In this document: positions 37,542-49,728 of the stretch, in pieces
How the letters are laid out: every line of letters starts with the position of its first letter
Numbering within the stretch: the first letter of the stretch is position 1
Source of the DNA: Malacoraja senta
Taxonomy: Eukaryota
Length of the DNA: 64,000 nucleotides
Assembly (NCBI GenBank): GCA_038087875.1
Contig: CM075988.1
Coordinates: 7,380,001-7,444,000 of the forward strand
Direction of reading: 5' to 3'
Translations under genes and position numbers: made by a program
The notes under the pieces: generated by a model
Databases searched by the model: none
What the model saw: only the letters and a program-made list of their open reading frames with translations
Told to the model about the DNA's origin: nothing

Positions 37542-38796
37542 ATGTTTTTCGAGGATGTAGCTAGTAGAGTGGATAAGGGAGAACGAGTGGATATGTTGTA
37601 TCTGGACTTTCAGAAGGCTTTCGACAAGGTCCCACATAAGAGATTAGTATGCAAACTTAAAGCACACGGTATTGGGGGTTCAAAATTGACGTGGATAGAG
37701 AACTGGCTGGCAGACAGGTAGCAAAGAGTAGGAGTTAACAGGTCCTTTTCAGAATGGCAGGCAGTGACTAGTGGGGTACCGCAAGGCTCAGTGCTGGGAC
37801 CCCAGCTATTTACAATATATATTAATGATTTGGACGAGGGAATTGAATGCAACATCTCCAAGTTTGCAGATGACACGAAGCTGGGGGGCAGTGTTAGCTG
37901 TGAGGAGGGTGCTAGGAGGCTGCAAGATGACTTAGATAGGCTGGGTGAGTGGGCAAATGCATGGCAGATGCAGTATAATGTGGATAAATGTGAGGTTATC
38001 CACTTTGGTGGCAAAAACAGGAAAGTAGACTATTACCTGAATGGTGGCCGATTAGGAAAAGGGGAGATGCAATGAGACCTGGGTGTCATGGTACACCAGT
38101 CATTGAAAGTAGGCATGCAGGTGCAGCAGGCAGTGGAGAAAGCGAATGGTATGTTACCATTCATAGCAAAAGGATTTGAGTATAGGAGCAGGGAGGTTCT
38201 ACTGCAGTTGTACAGGGTCTTGGTGAGACCACACCTGGAGTATTTCGTACAGTTTTGGTCTCCTAATCTGAGGAAAGACATTCTTGCCATAGAGGGAGTA
38301 CAGAGAAGGTTCACCAGACTGATTCCTGGGATGTCAGGACTTTCATATGAAGAAAGACTGGACAGACTCGGCTTGTACTCGCTAGAATTTAGAAGATTGA
38401 GGGGGGATCTTATAGAAACTTACAAAATTCTTAAGGGGTTGGACAGTCCAGATGCAGGAAGATTGTTCCCGATGTTGGGGAAGTCCAGAACAAGGGGTCA
38501 CAGTTTAAGGATAAAGGGGAAATCTTTTAGGACTGAGATGAGAAAAACATTTTTTACACAGAGAGTGGTGAATCTCCGGAATTCTCTGCCACAGAATGTA
38601 GTTGCGGCCAGTTCATTGGCTATATTTAAGAGGGAGTTAGATGTGGCCCTTGTGGCTAAAGGGATCAGGGGGTATGGAGAGAAAGCAGGTACAGGATACT
38701 GAGTTGGATGATCAGCCATGATCATATTGAATGGCGGTGCAGGCTCGAAGGGCCGAATGGCCTACTCCTGCACCTATTTTCTATATTTCTATGTTT
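37542..38796 (+). mobile_element. 5'-truncated CR1 LINE with a nearly intact RT half (one internal TGA at 38073)
   Basis: YLDFQKAFDKVPH, SGVPQGSVLGPQLF, KFADDTKL, LVRPHLEY, TRGHSL; (tttctatg)-type tail. Confidence 0.95.
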
Positions 38797-39110
38797 CTGT
38801 GAGGGCAATAGTTAGGGTAAATGCACAGTGCTTTACCCAGAGGGGGGAATCAAGAACCAGAGGACATAGGTTAAGATGAGAGGGAAAAGATTTGATGGGA
38901 ACCCGAGGGGCAACTTTTTCACACTGTGGGTACATGGAATGAGCTGCCAGAGGAGGTAGTTGAGGCAAATACAATGACAACATTTAAAAGACAATTGGAC
39001 AGGTACATGGATAGGAATGGTTTTGAGGGATATGGGCCAAATGTAAGCAAATGGGGCTTAGATGGGGCATCTTGGTTGGCATGGACGCGTGGGGCCTGTA
39101 TCCGTGCTCC
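38797..39110 (+). mobile_element. Second CR1 3' fragment of a different subfamily
   Basis: aagaaccagaggacatagg...tggaatgagctgccagaggaggtagttgaggca. Confidence 0.8.
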
Positions 39111-40159
39111 TTTACTTGATAAGATCACGCCCAGAAGCCTGGCAGTGTGAGACACCCCAGCACTACATGGTATTCCACTGCACCACCCAATAGTTTCATT
39201 ATTGTTTTAATGGATATAACAATTAGTGATATTTATACCACTGTTAATAGTGATAAATATGTAGCTGCATCATTCCATTAAGAATAGGAGAAGAAAGCAT
39301 GGACAGGCAACATCTCGGGAGAGAAGGAATGGGTGATATTTTGGGTCGCGACCCTTCTTCAGACAGGTTGTGGGAATTGGCTGATCAGTCTCCAGATATA
39401 TTTCCTAATCGCTCGTAAATTGGGTTGCATTCCTGATGCATCATGTCAAAGGAGCACGACACTGGTACGGACTTAGCCGAGCCACTTTCCACCAGAACCT
39501 CTGTACTACGGCTGCAGTATATTAACGCACTTAATATGATGCAAGCTGCCCTGGAGACCGGCTTCCTTTGTGTTGATCTCTCTGATCTTTCCACGCAGAG
39601 TCCAGAATACATAATGAATCCTGACTTCCAGATGCCATGCAGTTGTTTTCTCTTGGTGCTCTGGTGTTTATAGACTTAGATCCCACAATAAAAATGAGGC
39701 CGCTTCTGTCATTTTTTTTCTTTTTGCCTCCTGATTCCTTCTCTGCACTTGGGATAATACAGATCCAATTAAATTGGTAATTCAATGTTTGGTAATTTAA
39801 GACTTGTTATTTTTGCCTATCATCACCCTAATTGATAATAAAAAATAGCACAGCATCCCACCCATATCTCTGGAAATTTGGATTGACTGTTGTACTGTTG
39901 TAGTGTATTTAGAATGAGGAAAATAGTCCCCATCTTGTATATATTTTAAAAATGTGGAATCCACTCATAACTCTTGTAACAGTTTTCTCAGTGAAATTCC
40001 TCTTTTGAAATTGGTTCTGATTTCCACGGAGTTTACCATAATCTACAACAAAATGTGCGGCAAATCATGTCGTTATTTTGCGCAATACTTTGATGCAAAT
40101 GTTTATGGTCTAAGAGTCTACACCTATTTGAACACTGTCATGCTAGTCTTAAAGAAAAA

Positions 40160-40365
40160 TACAGTGCTGGAGTAACTGAGCAGGTCAGGCAGCATCCCTG
40201 GAGAACTTGGAAAGGTGACACTTTGTGTCAGGACCCTTATGAAGAATTATATACAATTCTGAAGAAGGGTCCCGACCTGAAACATCATCCATCTATGTCC
40301 TCCAGAGATGCTGCCTGGCCCGCTGAGTTTCTTCATCTTTATAAACCAGCATCTGTTCCTTGTTT
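40160..40365. mobile_element. Palindromic Penelope-derived unit
   Basis: gtgctggagtaactgagcaggtcaggcagcatc...ctgaagaagggtcccgacctgaaac...gatgctgcctggcccgctgagtt. Confidence 0.75.
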
Positions 40366-40699
40366 CGACATCAAACTAACCTATTGTTTTCTTCTTGGTG
40401 TGTTTGCCTCCTTGCATACATTTATTTTATTTGCCTCGGCAACTGGAGTTCCACATTCCTGCCATTGAAGAAATGTTTCTCTTGAACTTTCTACTGATTC
40501 CATCTTTATGAGCCCTAGTCTTTGTGCACTCTATACAATTGATATTCATACATCGGATCTAATTGAATGTCAGCTGCTTTGCAACAGCTACTATGGACCA
40601 AGTCAATCTCCTTGTATAGTTTAACGTCTTAATTAGTCAGATCCTTGATTTGCACAATGCTGTAATCCTCGTTTATTCCATGTAATTATGAATTTAGGA

Positions 40700-40995
40700 G
40701 TGGCACAGTGCCACAGCGGTAGAGTTGCTGCCTTGCAGCGCCAGCGACCCGAGTTAGATTCTGACTACGGGTGCTGTCTGTACGTAGTTTGTACGTTCTC
40801 TCGGTGACCACATGGGTTTTCTTCAGGTGCTCCAGTTTCCTCCCACACCCCAAAGACGTACAGCTTTGTAAGTTAGTTGGCTTCAATAAAGTTGCAAATT
40901 GTCCCTAGTGTGTAGGATAGTGCTCATATGCGGGATGATCGCTGGTCGGTGCGGAATCAATGGGCCAAAGGACCTGTTTCCACACTGTATCTCAA
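40700..40995 (+). mobile_element. HE1/V-SINE-type SINE
   Basis: Head, core and CR1-type tail all present. Confidence 0.85.
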
Positions 40996-41289
40996 AAGTC
41001 TTTCGACCTAAGTACAAAATGTTTTCAGATGCCTAAATTGTTCTTGGTCTTTCCTAGTTAACCACTGCCAAGTTTCATTTTGAAGATCGAGATATGTCAT
41101 TGCCCCTCTCAGATATTTGCTTCATACGTTTTCAATTTAGTTTGGATTAGCAATGAGATGACTGACTGTTACAAAGCTTTGTTTCCATTGGCATTTCTAT
41201 CTAAGAATTCCACATGTTACAAATGGGGTCCTGTCACGTTCTATTAATTCACTACTTGTGTGTTGGCAGGCTAATCATGAAGAAGTCAT

Positions 41290-42780
41290 CAACTCAGCCA
41301 CAATCTAATTCCATCCAATTATGACTGGGACCTACTTCATGCAAGAGGCTTAGATGGGCCAGAATTAGTTTGGTGCATCCAATAGAGTTTTTTTGAAACA
41401 GTATGTGGATATTCTAACTCAAGGGACCATTCTGGACCTTGTATAGGGAAACAAACCTGGCTGGGTGACTACCATTTCAATGGGAGATAACTTCAATGGG
41501 AATAGTGACCAAAAGTTTTAAGATAGTTATGAATAAGGATAGATCTGGTCCTTAGGGGGAAGTACTAAACTGGGGAGGCAACAATGATAAACAGGAGGTT
41601 TGACCTGAAGCTGTTAAATGGATAAGTTCGCATCTCACATGTGGGTGTTATTTAAATAGCAGCTAATCAGAGTTCAGGACCAGTGTGTTCTAGTTAGGGG
41701 GAGGGTCAAGATGGCAAAGTAGGAGAACCTTGGATGATGAGAGAGGTTATGAGTATTGGTCAAAATGAAGAGGGGAGCATATGTGTGCTTTAGGAAGATG
41801 AACAGACAAGGCATTTGAGAAATATAAAGAAAGCAGGAAAGAACAAACAGACAATGAGGAAGGCCAGAAAGGCCTATGAAATGTCATTGGCATCAGATGA
41901 AAGAAAATCCCAAATTATGCGTTAATAACAAGGGAGGGGGGGGGGGTAACTAGGGTAGGGTAGGACTACACAAGGGTAAAGGGGGGAATTAATGCTTGGA
42001 GTGAGAGGATGTAATTGAGTTTCTAAATGAGTACTTTGCATCTGTATTCACCAAGGAGCAGGACATTGAGGGTAGTGAAATCAGGGGGAGAATGCTAAAA
42101 TATAGGGTCAGGCATCATCTATAGAGGGAATAGGTAGGCAATCTTTTGGGTCAGGAATTTTTTTTCGTCTGAAAAAGGGTTTTGACCTGAAGCGTCGCCT
42201 ATCCACTCCCTCAACAGATGCTGTTTGACCTGCTGAGTTACTCCAGCACCTTGTGTTTTGGATGAAAATGTAGAAGGATTTGTTAGTCAGTTTGCAGACA
42301 ACACAAAAATTGGTGAAGTTGCTAATAGTGAAGAAGGCTCGTCAAAGGATACAGAAGGATCAATTAGTTACAGATATGGGTGGAGAGATGGCAGATGGAG
42401 TATAATCTGGGAATGTGTGAGGTGTTGCATTTGGGTGGTCAATTGTAAGGGGAGGTACAGTTAATGACAGAACCACCAATGGCATTAATGTACAGAGGGA
42501 TCTTGGGTTCCAAATCCATAGCTCATTGAAAGTAGACTGGTAAAGTGGACTGGTGCATGGTATGCTTGCCTTCATTAGTGGGGGCATTGTGTATAAGAGT
42601 CAGGAAGTCATGTTACAGATTTATAAAGCTGTTGATTGAGCTACATTTGGAGTGTTTGTGTGCATTTCTGGTTGTCCTAGTGCAGGATGGATGTGGGTGC
42701 TTTGGAGAGCGTACCAAATAATTTTTACAGATTGGACACAAATTAGATGAAATTAGATATAAAGAGAGGTTGGATAAACT
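41290..42780 (+). mobile_element. Old internally deleted CR1 (endonuclease end and RT pieces), interrupted by a palindromic PLE unit at about 42105-42258
   Basis: Remnants of ILDLV..N, GNSD, VLNEYFASVFTKE and FADNTKIG. Confidence 0.75.
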
Positions 42781-42789
42781 AAGTACAAA

Positions 42790-42902
42790 CCACTGCAGAT
42801 GTTGGTTGCTACACAAAAGGGCACAAAGTGCAGGAGTAACTCAGCAGTTCAGGCAGTATCCCTGGTAGGTGACGTTTCGGGTCATGACCCTTCTTCAGAC
42901 TG
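42790..42902 (-). mobile_element. Penelope-derived hammerhead unit
   Basis: Minus strand gtctgaagaagggtcatgacccgaaacgtcacc: intact core with a different loop II. Confidence 0.8.
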
Positions 42903-43055
42903 ATCTTGATGCAAGGTCAACACACATCTTTACCAGACTACTTGGCAGGAGTGACTCTTTCTGAGTTCATCAGTGTACATTGCTGCTCTGTATATCCTCT
43001 CCTCCTGTTCCCTTTTGGCTCCCTCTGTACTTTTCCACTTCTCCTTGCTCCTCGA

Positions 43056-43275
43056 AAATAGACACAAAATGCTGGAGTAACACAGCGGGACAGGCAGCAT
43101 CTCTGGACAGAAGGAATGGGTGACATTTCGGTTCGAGACCCTTCTTCAGACTGGAGAAGAGTCTCGACTCAAAACGTCACCCTTTCCTTCTCTCCAGAGA
43201 TGCTGCCTGTCCCGCTGAGTTACTCCAGCATTTTGTGTCTATTTTTGTATTAATCCAGCATCTGCAGTTCTTTCC
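43056..43275. mobile_element. Well-preserved palindromic Penelope-derived unit (arms of about 95 bp)
   Basis: aaatagacacaaaatgctggagtaa...cttcttcagac|tggagaagagtctcgact...ttactccagcattttgtgtctattt. Confidence 0.9.
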
Positions 43276-43380
43276 TCCACTCTCCTTTCTCCTCATTCTC
43301 TTTCTCTTCGTTCGCCAAAAGTGCTGAAGAGAATTGCAGTGCCTAATGGCTGCGATCAATAAACTCTATGCCAATGAAGG

Positions 43381-44152
43381 TGTTCATCCTGGCTAAATTG
43401 GAGCAGCTAGGACTTCAGAATCGGGTTACGTTTCAGGGTTGTGGGGAGATTTGGTCAAATTGGAATTACTCTCTGCAGAGCTGGGGCAAGCTGCAGAGAG
43501 GTGCCAGAGTGCCTGGAGCTTAGATTCAATTTGCAAGCAAAGAATGGGAAGATCTGCAAACCCTGTCAATCTGGTGCAAAATGCATAGAATGGATTGGAT
43601 GGCTGCTAACCAGACATACACCTTGTAAATAGTTGTAAATAATGTTGCACAGTCTGACTTTGCCAAGTGTTGATTGGATGAGGTGTTGAGCCTTGTCTGG
43701 GTTTTCTGTAAATCAGGGTAAATGTTTCCAAGTTGACTTCCTCTCGAAGTCCATTTTGAATACAATGTATTGAACTGTTGTATCATTGTGTTAGGGGAAT
43801 GCCTGTTATGAATGGGGTTAATCGATATCTGTAATTGAGTTATTGAGAGACCACCCCCATGTGATTCGTCCCCTCGAGGTCCCGGGACATATAAAAGTCC
43901 ACGATCACGAGGCTCAGCGTTGATCTTCTGGAAGAGCACTCAGGACTGCGTGAACTTCTGGACTGCCTCTGTCTGAGCGAGGCCTAGAGGGCTTGAACAG
44001 GCAGACGTGAGGATCGAACCCGCGGTGGGATAGGTACAGTGTTTGATCAGTGACGCGCTTTTGGTAAAATAAAATTTAGTTGTTTCAAGTGCTTGATTCA
44101 GTGTTTTTACTGAAACTAGACTGGGGGGGAACTTAGAAACGAGCAATTATCA
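43381..44152 (+). repeat. 5' LTR (772 bp)
   Basis: tgttcatcctggct...gcaattatca; direct repeat of 51017-51786 (16 differences in the first 200 nt by manual count). Confidence 0.97.
43890..43896 (+). promoter_or_regulatory. LTR TATA box (TATAAAA); poly(A) signal AATAAA at 44068-44073
   Basis: Both motifs are present at equivalent positions in both LTRs, in U3-R order. Confidence 0.7.
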
Positions 44153-44153
44153 T

Positions 44154-44171
44154 TGGGGGCTCATCCGGGAT
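44154..44171 (+). promoter_or_regulatory. Primer-binding site, tRNA-Pro
   Basis: TGGGGGCTCATCCGGGAT lies 1 nt after the LTR; 17/18 match to the MLV-type Pro PBS TGGGGGCTCGTCCGGGAT. Confidence 0.93.
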
Positions 44172-46002
44172 ATCAAAGGTCCCCCAAACACAAGTTTGCG
44201 ATCAAGGGTGTTGAGCTGTTTCGATCACGTGCAGAAATCGGGCTAATGGTACGGTTTTCACATTGATTTTCGGCACTTCGTGAGTCGGAGTGGATCGATC
44301 ATTCGTGGGCTTGGGAAAGGATCTAATCGAGATCATTAGAACAGAGTCTAGCAAGCACGGAGGAATGGTTAGCACACCTTTGGGTTGGAGGCTCTTAAAA
44401 CAAGGCTGGGGTTAGAGGCCCTTTCCTGGGTTAGGGGCCCAAAACTGGTCATAGTTGGGCAGACTGCAGTTGCCTTTAATGAGAGCTAAACGTGCTTCAT
44501 TGGGCAAGGAGTAGCCCAGGGTTAGACTTGGTATCCGAATTGGTGAGGTATTAAAAGACAGGTCTCGCCTTTGATCGGATCGTTGCCGGGAGTGCAAATT
44601 GAAAAGGTGCGCTTCGAAAAACAGCATCGATAATTCACAGCGCAAAGCGGCTAGGCGCTGGATCCTCGGTACTTAGCAGAAGGGTGTATCTGTGTGTAGG
44701 TGTCTGAGCCTCTCCCTGAAGTGACGGACGAAGCGCCTCGAAAAGGTACCGAACTTGGACGAACAGAGTATAGATTGGCCGGAATACTCCAGTTCGTTCA
44801 AGAATTTAATCGGGCCATTTTAGCTAATTCGAGAGCCCGCGTAGTAAGAGAGATACGCACTAAAAATTAGGAGATCGAGTTCAAGTCTGAGTATATTTGC
44901 AGCTAAATTTTCAAATACTGGATTTCATATTGAAGTTCTGCGTAAGGTGGGATTCGAATTCCTGTATATAGAACTTCGAAGTTGGTGCATGTCCGTCATC
45001 GATTCCGAATAGCGGCTGATCAACAGTGAATAGTAACCCTCTGGTCGATTGTTGACTCGTACCTGATAGCGAAGAGTACCTGAGAGACGGGAGCCTCCTT
45101 ACTTGATGAAAAGTAATCCGAATAGCGAAGTGTACCCCTAATTCTGTCGAACTTAGAGAGGAGGGATAGAGGTCCCCCTCTAGAAGTCCAGTATTAGCAG
45201 AGGGATAGTAACATTCGGGGGGGAAAATAATCATTTAGGGAATAGTACCCCTCAGCAAAGAGTAAACTAGGAAGGGGAAAATCTTCGGTATCAGAGGGAG
45301 TGGTTCACTGCGTGATAACAGCGTGACGCGGCGTCGAGATCGAGTGTCCGTGAATTGTGCGTTAGTGCTTTAAATCATTTTGTAAATTGTAAAAAATAGC
45401 TTTCCGTATTGTTATAGGATCCGGATTTTGTAAATATTCTCTGTATATAAATAAATTTAGAATAATTAAAAGTTAAGATTTAGATCGTGAATTAAAACTT
45501 GAAGAGAGAGTGTGTTTAAGTTAGATATTCGTATTTGTTTAATATCGTTTCGTAAGAATCTGAATCGGGGTGGTTTGATCAGGGGTTGTACTCCTTCGAT
45601 CGCTGCGCTGGGGGAGGAGACATCCAATTGATTGATTGCGCCACGAGGAAGATTTCTTAGAGTGCGTGATTTATAATAGACGAATGTTTGTGGTTTATTT
45701 AGGGGTTTGGTTGTGCCTGATAGTGATAGGTAGCGTATTATCCTGTTTGTGGACTGTGTTACTTGCGTGTCTGAAAATCATTTTAATATGTTATGATTGA
45801 GAACGTTATAAGGTTGAAAGAGCGTGGACTTGTGGGAGATAGGAGAAGAATTTGAATGAGAGAACAGGACTGGTGGAGCGAAGGAGTAGCGAGTTGCGAG
45901 GTTGCGATCGCGTTGAACCATTAGCCATTGTCTAGGAGCGAGCTTGGTAAATTTAGGGATAAAAGGAAGGATTTAAAAATTCAGTGTCAGGTGTTCGGAA
46001 GC

Positions 46003-48452
46003 ATGGGGAATAATGTAGATAGAGATGTAACAGAAGAAGTGAAAAGCCCATTACAACTAATGTGTAATGAGTTTCCTCATAAGGCAGAGAAATTAAGAAA
46101 TTTATCACGAGCATTAAATAAGAAATTAGGGATTAAGCTATGGCCGCCAGGGGGGAACAGGGACAGTAAAAGGGATAAAATACATAGAACTAATCAATTG
46201 GCAGCATAGTAATAACGAGGGTGCAAAAGAATTAATAGGGTTATGGAGAAAATATTTTGAGGATCGGAAGACGAATAAGGAGGTCAAGAGAATGGCTAGT
46301 TGGGAAAAAGCGATCGCTAAACTTGGATTAGAACTAAAAGAAGGTGAAGTAGATCGACCACCAGGTAGTAGTAGGGACAGGAGTGGAGATAAAGGGAAAC
46401 ACTCAGAACAAGGGAAAGGTGGATCTCCTGGAAGAAAAGTAGTTCCTGTAAAATTAAAGATGAAGAATCCGAAGGTTAGTGCTGACTTCGGGGGGGGGAA
46501 GAGGATGAGTATTTAGAAGAGTGGACAAATGTTAACGTCAGTGGACGTTCACAGCTCCCACCATGTTCCTCTTGCGTTTCCCAGGCTTCATTAGCACCGT
46601 GTATGACTTGTGTCCATAATAAATATTTTAGGTCTGCAGAATCTATAACAACTCCGGCAGATTCTACATCTGAACAGGTTTTACCAACAGCAGATACTGA
46701 GGTAACAGATCCTTCGATCTTATCCACGCCATCACTGATAGATCGTCCAGTGGCTTATGGCACCCGGAAGAAAAGGTTAGCTCCCGTGTTTAAAGGTATG
46801 TTAGATATAGTGCAACCACCAGAGTATTTCTGTGAGCCACAACCTAGGCAGATCACTCGAGTGGAAAGGAATGATTTATTTGGGCAGTATCGGGAATTCC
46901 CTAATGAACCGGAAGATTTATCGGAGGGTGAGACAGTAATTCTAGATACCGAAATAGACTTTGACGTAACTGAAAGTTTATAAATTGAACAGGTATCCCA
47001 TAGGCAGTTACCAGTAAGGGAAGGAATAGGAATAACAGATTCGGCCAGCGCAGTGAGATTGAATAATCCCCGCGTTACAGATGCCCATATGCCATGGAAG
47101 CCCCATGAAATAATGGCAGTACTAAACAGAATCCCTGATAGGAAGAAGTCCCCTGCTGCTTTCATAGGGTACTTGTGGACCACAATGCGTGTATACCATG
47201 CAGATTCACGGGATTTGTGGGAGACCATACAACAGATAATTTCTCCAGCTGAGAATACCAAATTTCTAGTAGCCCTAGGACACCCGATTTATGAAACATT
47301 GGCGGGCGAGGTAATGGACGACAGTGCAAGAGAAGAGGTTGTTTTAACGGCCCTTGCAAAAACGTTTCAGAAACCAGGCGATTTAAGTCGAGTCCTGGAA
47401 ATAAAACCAGAGAAGGGGGAAGGAGCAGACGAATTTCTAGACCGCTTTTCAAAATTATATATGGATCAATCAGGTGATTTAGACTATCAGAATGGAGTAA
47501 GTTCCCCTCAATATTATGCGGTCTTGTTGAATTATCTACCCACTAAAATAGCGGATTTAATTAAAATAAATAAAAGGAACTGGTCTGAGAACCGAGCCAG
47601 TCAAATAGCCAGAACTGTGAGATATTATTGGAAGGAAGGTAGGAACCAGGAAAATTATTCTGTAACTAGGAGAGAAAGTGAACGCACAGCGAAGGAGGAA
47701 TTACCAAAATCTAACTCTGAACCATGGATTCCCAGAGTGCCAACAAATTACGGATTGGGAGATATTAGAGTCCCAGATTACTCTCACCGTTATACTCCCA
47801 ATCTCAAGCACATTTCAATGGAACCCAGGGGTAGAATAAGACCAACAATGCTACCTAACCAATGCTATACTTGCGGAGGGATGGGACATTGGAGTAGGGC
47901 CTGTCCAACGAAGGAACGGATGAAAGAGAGGGGTCAAAGAAGGGGTTTCCAGGATTAAGACGAACTTAGAGATCCTAGAGAATATAGAGACATCCGACAT
48001 CCAAGGAATTATGGGAGGTCCTTTAATTCAAGAGACTACTGGGACCCAAGAAACCAGAGAGAGACAGATGGCCCGAATGTCAGGAACTGAGAAGTCACAC
48101 ACCGTTTACTCAAGCTACCCCATTTTCTCAGTCCTGACTCACCAACCCGTCCTGGAATTGTGGGCGTGGAGACATGACCCCTACTCTGGATCCCTCTCAA
48201 GTAATTTACCAGAATGAGTGGATTGGATATACTATTGTAATAAAAACTGGAAATATTATGGAAGAAAATTATAAACCCTCTTCTGATTACCCCAGAAAAC
48301 CCCTTAGAGCAAAGAAGATTGTAAATCAAGGAGCTTGTTTCAACTGCACCCAATCAGGTCACTGGAGCAAGGAGTGTCCAGCGAGAAGGCAGAACATAGC
48401 TGGATTGAAGAAAAATCAAGAGGCAATAAAGAAAGTAAGAAAAGGAACATAG
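46003..48452 (+). pseudogene. gag: Retroviral gag (MA-L domain-CA-NC with two CCHC knuckles), few lesions
   Basis: MGNN start; WPPGG; PPEY at 46816-46827; QLPVRE; HMPWKPHE..IPD..P..F capsid N-terminus; MHR IKPEKGEGADEFLDRF at 47401-47448; CYTCGGMGHWSRAC at 47863-47904; CFNCTQSGHWSKEC at 48336-48377. Confidence 0.9.
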
Positions 48453-48945
48453 TAGTGAGTGTGAAAAGAAATAGCAACTGAGGAATGGAAATGGCACTAC
48501 GGAGAGAAGAAACAAACTTACCGTGCAGGAGGAATGGGAGTGGGGGAAAGAAGATATTGAATTAATGTATTGCTGAGTTTTGTGCCTGCAGGACAGTGTG
48601 TCAACAAGAGACTGTCTGGGGAGTGAGGTAAAAGAATGCACAGACCCCTAAGAACAGGAAGAAGACAGCGAAAGGTAATGTAGCTCCCCAGAAAAAGGTG
48701 ACCAGCAGGAAGAATTGATACTGTCCTGCCCCTTTAAGACATTTGGGAAGGCCAGCAGGCAGAGCGACATGCTCCTCAGTATCTCCACTCCCTAGTAACC
48801 TATACCATCAGTAGAAAGGAGGAAGAAAAGGACCTACCCTAGTGCCCAACTTTAATATCACCTAGCTACTGAAGGTAGAAGAGGAAGGGGAACAAAGGAC
48901 ACTTTAATAATCTCCAAAAGAAATAACTGACAACTTATAAAGACT

Positions 48946-49165
48946 GTTAGAAAAACAGAATTTCTCTGTGATTCGGGGCAAAATACTCACTTTGCGCCAA
49001 AATTTAATTATTAGTAAATTAATTCAAAGAGGGCTTATGGGATACAGTCTCAGATTTGTTAGAGAATTGACTGTTAATTTAGCATTCTTCTTTTGTCTCA
49101 CCCATAGGAGGATAGTCAAAGATAGGACTGGACTATTTAGTTACTACCAAGGAAGGGACAGACCC
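48946..49165 (+). pseudogene. Eroded aspartic protease trace
   Basis: VRKTEFLCDSG, then AKYSL after a 1-nt shift (DSGA active-site pattern); GLMG and GRD follow in another frame. Confidence 0.5.
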
Positions 49166-49728
49166 TAGCGGATATCAGGAATTAAGACATACCCTGGAAA
49201 CGTAAGGTGGTAGTATAAAATGATGAGGTAGACCGAAAATTTATGTTCCCCTCGGAAGATCAATACTAACCATCTAGAAGTTACTTAGAGATAAGAACCC
49301 CTAGACAAAGAACGAAGCCAATAGAATAAAAGCGAGAACCCATAGACAGAGAACGAAGCCAACTTAGTAAAAAGCCAACATAGTGGAGAATTAGCATAGT
49401 AACGAGTTACCATAGTGATGCATACATAAATAAGAGGAGATACTGGAGGAAAGACTTGGTTAACTGTAGGGTGAACCTTGAATTGTATTGGGAATAGCAG
49501 ATCTGAAGTGTATTCACCCGATGGATTTGAATTGTTTAACCCATGATGGTAAAGCGGCTTAGATCATCAAGGTGGAAAGAAATTGTCCCTGGATTTGGCA
49601 TTTTTGATTGGGCTTCAGATAAAATTAATAGTAAAGGAAATTGATTGTTTAAATTTGAACAGCTGGGAATTCCACAGGAATTGGAAGGGAATTGTTTTAT
49701 CGGCTACAATGCTGTGGAATGAGAAGAG

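Noticed and set aside
43441..43939. LTR-encoded ORFs (also 51056-51456)
   Set aside because: Short, with no recognisable domain; the 137-aa minus ORF is split between frames in the other LTR.
49170..49480. Reverse transcriptase remnant in the provirus
   Set aside because: No LPQG or YxDD motif seen; only a weak QY-like word and a tandem duplication of about 40 bp (about 49295-49385).
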